19,949 nucleotides of DNA from Hormoscilla sp. (GTDB taxonomy: Bacteria > Cyanobacteriota > Cyanobacteriia > Cyanobacteriales > Desertifilaceae), in contig JBFRWI010000121.1 in assembly GCA_051439505.1 (NCBI GenBank), forward strand, positions 1-19,949, given 5' to 3'. The notes under the pieces are model-generated. The model did not search any database and had not been told where the DNA came from. It worked only from the letters and a program-made list of their open reading frames with translations. The number at the start of each line of letters is the position of its first letter. The stretch's first letter is position 1. Of the stretch, positions 8,298 through 16,372 are shown piece by piece. The translations under genes and the position numbers were made by a program.

Positions 8298-10430
8298 ATG
8301 TGTAGAGCCAAATCCATCTCGAATCTGGAGAATAGCCAGCTGACGATCGCGCCCACCGATACTGGCAACGGCAGTTCGTCAAAGGCAGCAGCGGCCATGG
8401 TAGCAGGGCCCTCACCCAATGGATCGGCTTCGTGGCAGTTCGGGCGATCGAGGCGCCTATTGATGGCAGCGATATCCCCCGATACCTTTACCATCGCCTC
8501 TGGGAACGACGCTTTTTGCCATCTAGTTGGTAAATCTGTAGCAGAGTCCCAGTTGTGGGATCTGTTGTCAGAAAAGGACCAATCTCTATTCCAACAACTG
8601 TATGAGCGTCACATTTGGCATCAAGTCAGAAAACAACAGGTCGAACAAAAGGGGCAGGATCTAGAGAACCCCCAGGATGAGGAAGATTCAGTAGTAGTAT
8701 CTCTGTCAAGTCCTCTGTATCCAGAACCGCGCTTTGTCCAATTATGGATCGACTGCGACGATCTGAAAATTACCCCCATCAACCCCGAAAGCGAACTGGG
8801 GCTGGAAAATTACCGCGTAGAAGGAAAGCTGCTATTAGAAGGGATAGACGTAACCGCATCGGAGAAAATTCGCCAGTTGCTCGACCAGTTAATTGACCGA
8901 GATGCCCTAGTAAATCCCCCAAAATTTCAGCAGATTAACCAACAGTTGCGATCGCTGTTTCGGGCCAGTAACATGTTGATTATCAGGGCCGAGAGTAGCC
9001 AAGCCCAACTGTCCTTCGGCACGGATTATCACAGCTTAAATCGCACGGTTTATAACATCGAATGTCTGCAAGATTCTCACTTTTTCCGGGCGGCCAAAGC
9101 GGCACAAGTATGTAATGTCCCCGATTTGAGCCAGGATTGTCAAACCGATTGCGAGCGATCGCTCCTAGATCTGGGAGTGCGTTCTTTATTGTTAATTCCC
9201 CTGGACATCTTAGCAGTTGACCAAGGCCCAGAGAGTCATCAAATGCTAGGATTGGTAGGACTGACGAGCGATCGGCCCCATAATTTTACAACCTTTGACT
9301 GCCACAGAGCTGCCGAATTAATCCCGGCCTTAACCTGTGCCCTGCGTCAGGCATCTGGGCAACAATTCACCCACATTCATCCTGCCGTAGCCTGGCGTTT
9401 TTTGCAAGAAGCGGAACGGAGAAGCTGGGGGTTGCCTCCAGAACCCATTGTCTTCACCAATGTCTACCCCTTGTATGGCATCTCCGACATTCGCGGCTCT
9501 TCCAAGGAGCGCAACCGGGCCATCCAAGCAGATTTAATCGCCCAGTTTCGCCTCGGTTTAGCAGTCGTTGAAGCTGTGTGCCAATGCCAAGAAAGCTCCT
9601 TAGCCGAGCAACTCAAGTTGGACTTACTCAATTATATCAAAAGCTTAGAAGAAAAAGTCACAGTCGATGCCGAAGTCACGGCAATTGAGTATCTCAGAGG
9701 ACATCTCGAACTCTACTTTGATTACTTTCGCGCCTGTTCGGAAGCGGCCAGATCGGCTGTAGACCGCTACCAAGAGAGTTGCGACAATGATAACCAATGC
9801 ATTTACCAGGCAAGGCGTCAATATGACCGGATGATTAAAGCCATTGATGCCCAACTGCAACAGACTTGGGAAAGCTGGCAAGAGCGGATGCAGAAAATCA
9901 TCCCCCATTACTGCGACATCGAACTTACAGATGGCATGGATCATATGATCTACACCGGAAAATCCATCAACTCCGCTTTCAGCAAATTCCATCTCCACAG
10001 TCTCCGTTACGAGCAGTTGCGTACTGTTTGCGACTGCGCGCGCACGGCATTTAGAATACAAGGGCAATACGAGACCCAATTGCAACTTACACATTTAGTG
10101 TTAGTGCAGAATGTGACCGTGGATATTTTCCATGACGAAAAAACAGAAAAACTCTTTGATGTTCAAGGAACCCGCGATATCCGCTATGAAATCATCAAAA
10201 AGCGGATTGACAAAGCTGTAGATGCCAATACCCGCGATCGCATTACCCAACCAGGCATGTTAACCATAGTCTACTCCACCGATGAAGAGTGGGAAGAATA
10301 CCAACAATACATGCATTATCTGGAACGGGAAAAATGGATTGCTCCAGGAATAGAATCAGGGCCCGTAGAGCCATTACAAGGAGTTGAAGGTCTCAAGTTT
10401 GCCCGCGTCCGCGTTTTACCAGAATCATGA
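8298..10430 (+). CDS. PAS-like/GAF domain protein with a C-terminal region resembling a divergent class III cyclase
   Basis: PAS-like start (GNDAFCHLVG); GAF motifs (NVPDL...LGVRSLLLIPL...LGLVGL.S..P.NF); C-terminal motifs LYGISDIRGSS, TDGMDH, FDVQG, KKRIDK, QPG, LQGV. The gene and GAF calls are firm; the cyclase resemblance is inference. Confidence 0.85.
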   Translation: MCRAKSISNLENSQLTIAPTDTGNGSSSKAAAAMVAGPSPNGSASWQFGRSRRLLMAAISPDTFTIASGNDAFCHLVGKSVAESQLWDLLSEKDQSLFQQLYERHIWHQVRKQQVEQKGQDLENPQDEEDSVVVSLSSPLYPEPRFVQLWIDCDDLKITPINPESELGLENYRVEGKLLLEGIDVTASEKIRQLLDQLIDRDALVNPPKFQQINQQLRSLFRASNMLIIRAESSQAQLSFGTDYHSLNRTVYNIECLQDSHFFRAAKAAQVCNVPDLSQDCQTDCERSLLDLGVRSLLLIPLDILAVDQGPESHQMLGLVGLTSDRPHNFTTFDCHRAAELIPALTCALRQASGQQFTHIHPAVAWRFLQEAERRSWGLPPEPIVFTNVYPLYGISDIRGSSKERNRAIQADLIAQFRLGLAVVEAVCQCQESSLAEQLKLDLLNYIKSLEEKVTVDAEVTAIEYLRGHLELYFDYFRACSEAARSAVDRYQESCDNDNQCIYQARRQYDRMIKAIDAQLQQTWESWQERMQKIIPHYCDIELTDGMDHMIYTGKSINSAFSKFHLHSLRYEQLRTVCDCARTAFRIQGQYETQLQLTHLVLVQNVTVDIFHDEKTEKLFDVQGTRDIRYEIIKKRIDKAVDANTRDRITQPGMLTIVYSTDEEWEEYQQYMHYLEREKWIAPGIESGPVEPLQGVEGLKFARVRVLPES

Positions 10431-10443
10431 TATAATTTTTCTG

Positions 10444-10467
10444 CGGACGGGCGTCCCCGCCCGTCCG
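10444..10467 (+). terminator. GC-rich hairpin just after the GAF gene (terminator or RNA-stabilising stem)
   Basis: Perfect 10-bp stem CGGACGGGCG / CGCCCGTCCG with a 4-nt loop, 13 nt after the stop. No U-tract follows on the plus strand. Confidence 0.45.
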
Positions 10468-10702
10468 GCGGTTGCCTGGGGCGGCCCCGCGATGTATCGC
10501 CGGTGTCACTTGACCTCCTATGAGCGATCGGGACTTAGGAATTTTCTCAGGCCAAAATAGGTCGAAGATGCTAAAATCGCTTAAACCCTGAGCCTGCATC
10601 CAAATAGACCCGATCGACGTTATCATAGAAATGCCTAGCCGCGATGTCCTGTCTGAGGAACCCTTAAAAAGATGCTGTGGGCGAATTACCAATTCCAGGC
10701 GT

Positions 10703-10805
10703 TAAGCTGTCGCGCATTGAAATTGCACAGGCCGAAACGCCGAAACCCCTGTCGTCAATTGCTTTCCAAATTTTGAATTCTGAATTTTGAATTTTGAATT
10801 GCTTA
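10703..10805. repeat. Heptamer tandem repeat (AATTTTG)n within a possible MITE-like remnant
   Basis: AATTTTG AATTCTG AATTTTG AATTTTG at 10769-10796. The segment begins TAAGC (10703) and ends GCTTA (10805), a 5-bp inverted terminus. Confidence 0.55.
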
Positions 10806-10961
10806 TGAGGGGGTTCCCGGAGTGAGGCGGAAAGTCAAGCTCAATCATCACTATTTTGCGGATAATGGGTCAGACCCCCCAGTCAATTACCCCAGAGTAT
10901 CTTAAAATAACGTTGCACCAGGCAATTTGTAACAATGGTGATTCAAGGGAGATAATAGATA

Positions 10962-12725
10962 GTGAATTTACCCCAGAAAATGCGTTCGGAATTTAGTTGG
11001 GATGAGGCGATATTTCTCGCCCAACTCTCTAAAGAAGTCTATGAAGTATTTCAGCAGAAAAAGAATCTCGAAGGCACGGAACTACTGGAACTCTATAACC
11101 TGCTTTATCCCAAAGAGGATTGGGCTCTCGTTCACATTATTAGCAATAACGATACCAATATCCGAGGCTTAAATTTCAAGCACCAGAGTTACCATCAGTA
11201 TGCTGTGGTTTTCCGAGGTTCCATTTTGACAGAGAATGGCCTATTAGAACTGACTGATATGGCCACAGATGTTCAGTGGGATTTGGTGAAATATGGGGCC
11301 ACAAGTTCTCAGAAAATCCGCGCTGTCCAAGGTTTTTTATCTGCTTATGAGTCCGTAGCAGATCAAATTAATATCTTTTTCAAAACCTTGACTGGGCAAC
11401 TTGAAACAGAAGACTTTCAGGAACTCAAACAGCTAAACATTGAACGGCGCTTAGCTTCCGTAGGGGCGATCGCCGATGCGGGAGCAGTCCGGTTAGGGGC
11501 GAGTTTTGGCCAGCAAGTTCGAGAATCGATTTTCCAGGGATTAAAAAATCAGGGAATTTCTAGCAACAATGGAGTGCAATCGACTCTCGACTTAGAACAG
11601 TCTTTGATTGAGTTAGGACCAGTCACCGATCGCCTGGAAGTTTATGTCACGGGACATAGTTTAGGGGGCTGTTTGGCAAACTTTTGTGCTTTATCCTTAA
11701 AGCAGCAAATCAAAAACGATCGTTTACACCCCAAAGTCTATACCTTTGGCACGCCTAAGGTGGGAAATCAGTTTTTTGCAGATTATTACGATGGAGAAAT
11801 TGGCAAGGGTTTTAGCTATCGGATCGAGAACAGTTTAGATCCCGCTCCCCATATTCCCCTCCCTTTACCCTTCCCCCTCAATCTGATTGCGGGCAGCGGC
11901 ATCCGCGTGGGAGAATTCTATTTGGGGGATTATGCAGGGGTTGGCGAGCTTCATACTGTAACGGGTTTAGGGTCTCAAGGGGTCTCTGTCAATTTTGGTG
12001 GGGCCCTGGAGTTTTTAGGAGGGATTCCTTTTCCCCATAGCTTTGATACCTATATTCAACTGCTGGAGCAGCAACAACAACTTTGGACAGATTTGCTGCG
12101 TCCCGTCAGAAGTATTATGGCAGATTTAATCGGTCAGCTTTTACAAGGGCAAAACACTGAAATTACCGATAATTTACAACAGGAAATTAAAGGAATTCAA
12201 GCGTCCGTGGATGAGATGATCAACCAAATCCAAGTTTGGCAACATCCCTCCCTAGAAGTCCTACCCCAAATCGATAGTCAGGAAATTCTCGGTGTAGCTT
12301 TACCTAGGCTCAAACCAGATCTGGTGGCCAAGTTGGCCCCCAAAGTACAGATTTTGACCTATGCTCCAGGATCTGCGATCGTGCGTCAGGGAGAGCAAGC
12401 CCATCGATTTTACATTATTGCCCGGGGACAAGTTGAGGTGATCCTCGACAATCCCAACGGTGAATCTCGCCTGCTTCGAGAAATGGGTCCGGGAGAATAT
12501 TTTGGTGAAATTGGTCTGTTATCTGGGGGCATTCGCACTGCCACCGTGCGGGCAAAAAACTCCGAAGAAGTCCAAGTTTTGGCCCTGGATGGAGAAACCT
12601 TTAGGATGATGATTTCTGAGTCTGAAGTCACTGCCATGCAACTAGCCTATAGGCTGGCGACACGGGCAATGACCGGGTCAAGCTCGACTGCGTTGACGGT
12701 GTTTTCACATGATATCCAGAGCTAA
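10962..12725 (+). CDS. Lipase class 3 family protein fused to a C-terminal cyclic-nucleotide-binding domain
   Basis: Lipase motifs AVVFRGS, VTGHSLGG (nucleophile Ser), YTFGTPKVGN, DPAPHIP (Asp) and PHSFDTY (His). CNB motifs IVRQGE...FYIIARGQVEV...GEYFGEIGLLSGGIRTATVRA. GTG start with a GGAG RBS. Confidence 0.9.
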   Translation: MNLPQKMRSEFSWDEAIFLAQLSKEVYEVFQQKKNLEGTELLELYNLLYPKEDWALVHIISNNDTNIRGLNFKHQSYHQYAVVFRGSILTENGLLELTDMATDVQWDLVKYGATSSQKIRAVQGFLSAYESVADQINIFFKTLTGQLETEDFQELKQLNIERRLASVGAIADAGAVRLGASFGQQVRESIFQGLKNQGISSNNGVQSTLDLEQSLIELGPVTDRLEVYVTGHSLGGCLANFCALSLKQQIKNDRLHPKVYTFGTPKVGNQFFADYYDGEIGKGFSYRIENSLDPAPHIPLPLPFPLNLIAGSGIRVGEFYLGDYAGVGELHTVTGLGSQGVSVNFGGALEFLGGIPFPHSFDTYIQLLEQQQQLWTDLLRPVRSIMADLIGQLLQGQNTEITDNLQQEIKGIQASVDEMINQIQVWQHPSLEVLPQIDSQEILGVALPRLKPDLVAKLAPKVQILTYAPGSAIVRQGEQAHRFYIIARGQVEVILDNPNGESRLLREMGPGEYFGEIGLLSGGIRTATVRAKNSEEVQVLALDGETFRMMISESEVTAMQLAYRLATRAMTGSSSTALTVFSHDIQS

Positions 12726-12802
12726 AGCTGCCACCAGACCTAGAGCAGATGACTACTAATATTATGTCCGATCTATAGCCAAAAGATAAAAATTTCATCA
12801 CC

Positions 12803-12880
12803 CGTAGGTTGGGTTGACCCACGTTACCCAACCGTAGTAAGCCCTGTTGGGTAGAGCGCGAGCGCTCTACCCAACCTACG
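12803..12880. repeat. GTAG-family REP doublet between convergent genes
   Basis: CGTAGGTTGGGT...ACCCAAC and GTTGGGTAGAGCGCGAGCGCTCTACCCAACCTACG; the termini are inverted. Confidence 0.8.
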
Positions 12881-12943
12881 CAGAGATCTTTTTTATTACG
12901 GTTAATCATCCGGACATGATATAACAAGCTCCCGATCGCAATT

Positions 12944-13786
12944 CTACTTTTTGCCAGAGCGAGCTGGTGGAGTAACATTGATAAAGGGCAAAGTTCCATT
13001 TCCAGTCATCACTGTGGGGAACCTGCCATCCCACTTTTCAATTGCTTGCTTTTGCAGCAGTTCTGGGGTAATAGTTTGCCTGACCAATCTCTGGGCTTCT
13101 GCTTGCCCTTTAGCGCGATTAATTTCCGCTTGAGCTTCCTGTGTAGCCTTCTGAGCGATAAACTCAGCCCGTTTAGCTTCTTGTTCGGCAATTTGCTTGG
13201 CTTCAATGGCCTTGGCAAATTCCGGGGAAAAGGTGACATCAACTAAGGAAATATCCTGGACTAGCAACCCATAAGGGGCGAGGCGTTCTTTGATTTTATT
13301 GTCAATTTCTTGTTTCAATTCCGTGCGCTTGGTGATGATTTCCTCAGCATTCTTTTTCGCCGTAGCGGCTTTCACCACTTCAGCTACCGCTGGACTGATA
13401 ATTCGCAACACGATTTGTCGTTCATCTCCGATCTGCTGGAAAACATTATTTACCTGCTTGGGGTCAATACTCCAGTTGAGGGCTACATTGATTTTAACAT
13501 CTTGCAAGTCTTTGGAAGCCGCCGCCGCCGGAATGTCGTTCTTTTGCACCCGCACGCTGAGGCTTTTGACCGTGGTAACGATCGGCATAATGGCGTGGAT
13601 CCCTTCATCCAAGATAACATCCTGAACCTTGCCGAACTTCATCACTACGCCCCTTGTGCCTGCATTGACGATCGCAAAAGGCTTCAGTGCCGTGGCCAAG
13701 ATCAATATGAAGAGTCCTCCCACTACCGCCCCACCAATGGAGAGAATTGTTTTAGAATTGTCATAAGAAATATTTCTGGATCGCAT
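12944..13786 (-). CDS. SPFH/band 7 (prohibitin-family) membrane protein
   Basis: N-terminal TM segment, GTRGVVMKFG, ASKDLQDV, FSPEFAKAIEAKQIAEQEA coiled coil, IEKWDG..P. Confidence 0.95.
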   Translation of the reverse strand: MRSRNISYDNSKTILSIGGAVVGGLFILILATALKPFAIVNAGTRGVVMKFGKVQDVILDEGIHAIMPIVTTVKSLSVRVQKNDIPAAAASKDLQDVKINVALNWSIDPKQVNNVFQQIGDERQIVLRIISPAVAEVVKAATAKKNAEEIITKRTELKQEIDNKIKERLAPYGLLVQDISLVDVTFSPEFAKAIEAKQIAEQEAKRAEFIAQKATQEAQAEINRAKGQAEAQRLVRQTITPELLQKQAIEKWDGRFPTVMTGNGTLPFINVTPPARSGKK

Positions 13787-13893
13787 GTTTTTTGCCTGCT
13801 ATTGTTTGCTTATGCTGTTGGTATCTGTCGCAATACTTCTCGGTTTAGCACCCAAGACGACTCCGGAGTCCGCAGTGCTAAACATTATATCTT

Positions 13894-13932
13894 TCCTTGT
13901 CCCCTTGTCCCCCAAGTCCGCCTTGTCCACCC
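13894..13932. repeat. Degenerate short tandem repeat (CCTTGTC-like)
   Basis: tccttgtccccttgtcccccaagtccgccttgtccaccc. Confidence 0.5.
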
Positions 13933-13995
13933 AAGCAGAGTACCGTTTCTTCAAATAAGCGCGAAGTATTGGGATCTGTCGAGTCTATCGGGTAG

Positions 13996-14036
13996 CCCAA
14001 GAAACCCGGTATGGAACAAAAACCGGGTTTCTTGGG
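13996..14036. repeat. 15-bp perfect inverted repeat (AGAAACCCGGT-type element; possible terminator of the 14063 gene)
   Basis: CCCAAGAAACCCGGT / ACCGGGTTTCTTGGG with an 11-nt loop. Confidence 0.7.
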
Positions 14037-14062
14037 GACCGTTCACCACCGTTCACCAATGC

Positions 14063-14443
14063 CTAGGCCATAACTTCACTGGCCAGCTGGCGGCAAGCCT
14101 TTAGTCCCAGATTCGGATTTTGGCGATATTCGGCCTCTGGCTGCCAAACCGTAACAGTGTAATCTGAAGCGATCGAGTAGAGGTAATCTACATCTGGATG
14201 ATAATGGATGCCCACCCGCAAGTTAGAAAAATCGTCCTCACATATTTCAAAGCCAAAGCGGACGACAACTTGAGCTAGCAAGCACTCCGGTGTATCGCAG
14301 TATTCACCAGCGGTTTCTCGTTCTTCGCCAAATATCTCTAGAAATTTGTTAAGTCGAGGCAGAACCTTGGCAGGGATGCCGTTTCTACTAGCGTACAAGA
14401 TCGCGGGATTGCCTTCGACGATGATGTGACAAGGTGTAGCCAT
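14063..14443 (-). CDS. Hypothetical protein
   Basis: Open frame co-oriented with its neighbours (MATPCHIIVEGNPAILYASRNG...FSNLRVG..YHPDVDYLY). ATG 14443 is preferred over TTG 14461. Confidence 0.75.
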   Translation of the reverse strand: MATPCHIIVEGNPAILYASRNGIPAKVLPRLNKFLEIFGEERETAGEYCDTPECLLAQVVVRFGFEICEDDFSNLRVGIHYHPDVDYLYSIASDYTVTVWQPEAEYRQNPNLGLKACRQLASEVMA

Positions 14444-14511
14444 TGCTTGACTGCTGGACAATATTTGACTTCCTGTTTCGATTTTAATGCGGCAACATAA
14501 AAATCGTCTCG

Positions 14512-14919
14512 TTATTTGCCCACAGCATTACAACCCACGGGGTAAGGGGATTTATAGGTGCTTTCCCGCTTGCCGAATAAGGCGTAACGGTTGTCCCGCA
14601 CTTGGGCGTACAGGCGATCGCCCGTCCATTTCAGCCCCGGCAGGGCGCGATATGCCTTGACAAAAACTTCCCCATATGGTATTATATAGCCTATCTCTTC
14701 TGCTGCATCGCTACCTTGCCAACGTCGATCGGGCATTTTCGCATCTATTAAAATCATTCCCATTTGACAATCATTCTGCGTGACATTGAACTGCTTGAGG
14801 GTATCTTCATCCTGCATGGGGATGTAATCAAACTGTTGACCGCGATCTAACTTTTTCAGCAGCTGCACCAGGGTGACGCAGAGATTACAATTGCCATCGT
14901 AAATCACGTGATAATCCAT
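14512..14919 (-). CDS. DCC-family thiol-disulfide oxidoreductase (DUF393)
   Basis: MDYHVIYDGNCNLC (DxxCxxC) and NRYALFG. The ATG at 14919 has an AAGGAG RBS. Confidence 0.92.
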   Translation of the reverse strand: MDYHVIYDGNCNLCVTLVQLLKKLDRGQQFDYIPMQDEDTLKQFNVTQNDCQMGMILIDAKMPDRRWQGSDAAEEIGYIIPYGEVFVKAYRALPGLKWTGDRLYAQVRDNRYALFGKRESTYKSPYPVGCNAVGK

Positions 14920-15284
14920 AATTTTTATCTCCTTATTTGATCGTAAAAAATTATCTAAATATACAAAAGCAACATAAAAAAGGCTGAAACCCTTGATTTT
15001 GTGTAGCGATCGGGAAAACTGATAACCCAAAACTCAGGATCCCCCATAATTTATGCTATAATATTATGTATCGTTCATCATTTACCTTGCTTGTACCGGT
15101 CCGAGCCCGATCGCCCCTTCATGAATCCCCTGTAGGATAACTGAGTAGCGCACTCGCGGCCCAGTAACGACCACCGGTAGCTGATCGCTCGACAGATCAT
15201 CTTTCCTTTTTCTTGACTTTTCACTCCTATACATAGTAGGCGATCGCAATTAAGCTCAAGGTGATATTTTTTTGTTAAACCCCA

Positions 15285-16337
15285 ATGAGTCCACAGAAAC
15301 ACCAGAGTTCTAACTCATCATCTACCGATACCAATTGGTCTTTGCCTCTTGGTGAGAATAATGGCAATGATGGTAAAATGCTGCATGGGTCGGCCATAGC
15401 TGTTCCACTAGACCAGATCGAATTACCACCATATCAACCCCGTCAACATTTTGATGAGGAGAGTATGGAGCAACTAACCGCCAGTGTCAAGCAACATGGC
15501 ATTCTGCAGCCACTTCTGCTCCGACCGGTGGGCAAAGAGCAATACGAACTGGTGGCAGGAGAGCGGCGGTATCGGGCGGCCAAAGGGGCTTCACTGACAT
15601 CGGTACCGGCGGTAATCAAAGAGCTGAGTGCCAAGGAGGCGACAGAACTGGCTCTATTGGAGAATCTCCACAGAGAAGACCTCAATGCTATTGAGGAGAC
15701 AGAAGGGATTTTGCAACTTTTAGCTCTCACTCTCGAATGTGAGGTCGAAAAGGTGCCCCAGATCCTTTACAAGTTGAAGCATCATGTAGATAAGTTGTCA
15801 AGGGACTCGACTGAGTCTGGGCAAAACATTTTGCCCAAGGAGGAGAAGGCCAGTGCCGAGAAGGAAAATAATATTGGGCCATTTCTGGCCCAAGAGTTGG
15901 AAAAAGTGAAGTCGGTATTTGACAGTCTCAACCGGATGAGTTGGGAATCTTTTGTCAAAACTAGACTTTCTTTACTGAATTTGCCGGCAGATGTTCTGGA
16001 TGCAGTGAGGAAAAATCAGCTCAAATACACGAAAGCACAAGCGATCGCGCGAGTCAAGGATGACGAAGCACGCGGTCGTTTATTGTCCCAGGCGATCGCC
16101 TCCGGATGGTCTCTCAAGCAAATCAAGGAACAGATAAAATCTCAGATGGGGGAAAAAGGGACCGAGTCCCCAAGTTATATGTTGACCCGTCTGGATGAAA
16201 CTTACAAACAAATCAAAACCAGTATGAAAAAAAATATCTCGATTTGGCAAGAACCTCAAAATCAAGAACGGTTGGAGGCCCTGTTGACTGAACTAGAAAG
16301 GTTGCTTTCGACTCAAGCAGAAGAGGAAACCAGATAA
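15285..16337 (+). CDS. ParB/RepB/Spo0J-family protein (no parA in the window)
   Basis: YQPRQHFD, SVKQHGILQPLLLRP, ELVAGERRYRAA (CTP-binding GxxR motif), ENLHREDLNAIEE, RLSLLNLP. Confidence 0.92.
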   Translation: MSPQKHQSSNSSSTDTNWSLPLGENNGNDGKMLHGSAIAVPLDQIELPPYQPRQHFDEESMEQLTASVKQHGILQPLLLRPVGKEQYELVAGERRYRAAKGASLTSVPAVIKELSAKEATELALLENLHREDLNAIEETEGILQLLALTLECEVEKVPQILYKLKHHVDKLSRDSTESGQNILPKEEKASAEKENNIGPFLAQELEKVKSVFDSLNRMSWESFVKTRLSLLNLPADVLDAVRKNQLKYTKAQAIARVKDDEARGRLLSQAIASGWSLKQIKEQIKSQMGEKGTESPSYMLTRLDETYKQIKTSMKKNISIWQEPQNQERLEALLTELERLLSTQAEEETR

Positions 16338-16372
16338 GCTCTATTGATAGTGAAAACGGGACCCGACGAAAT

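Noticed and set aside
10703..10805. Intact insertion sequence
   Set aside because: There is no transposase and only a 5-bp inverted terminus, so it is kept as a repeat or remnant.
13310..14104. 264-aa plus-strand ORF
   Set aside because: It is antisense to the SPFH gene, runs through repeats and has no recognisable motifs.
14920..15030. N-terminal extension of the DUF393 ORF
   Set aside because: A strong RBS and the family start are at ATG 14919.
14920..15284. parS site upstream of parB
   Set aside because: No match to the TGTTTCACGTGAAACA-type palindrome was seen.
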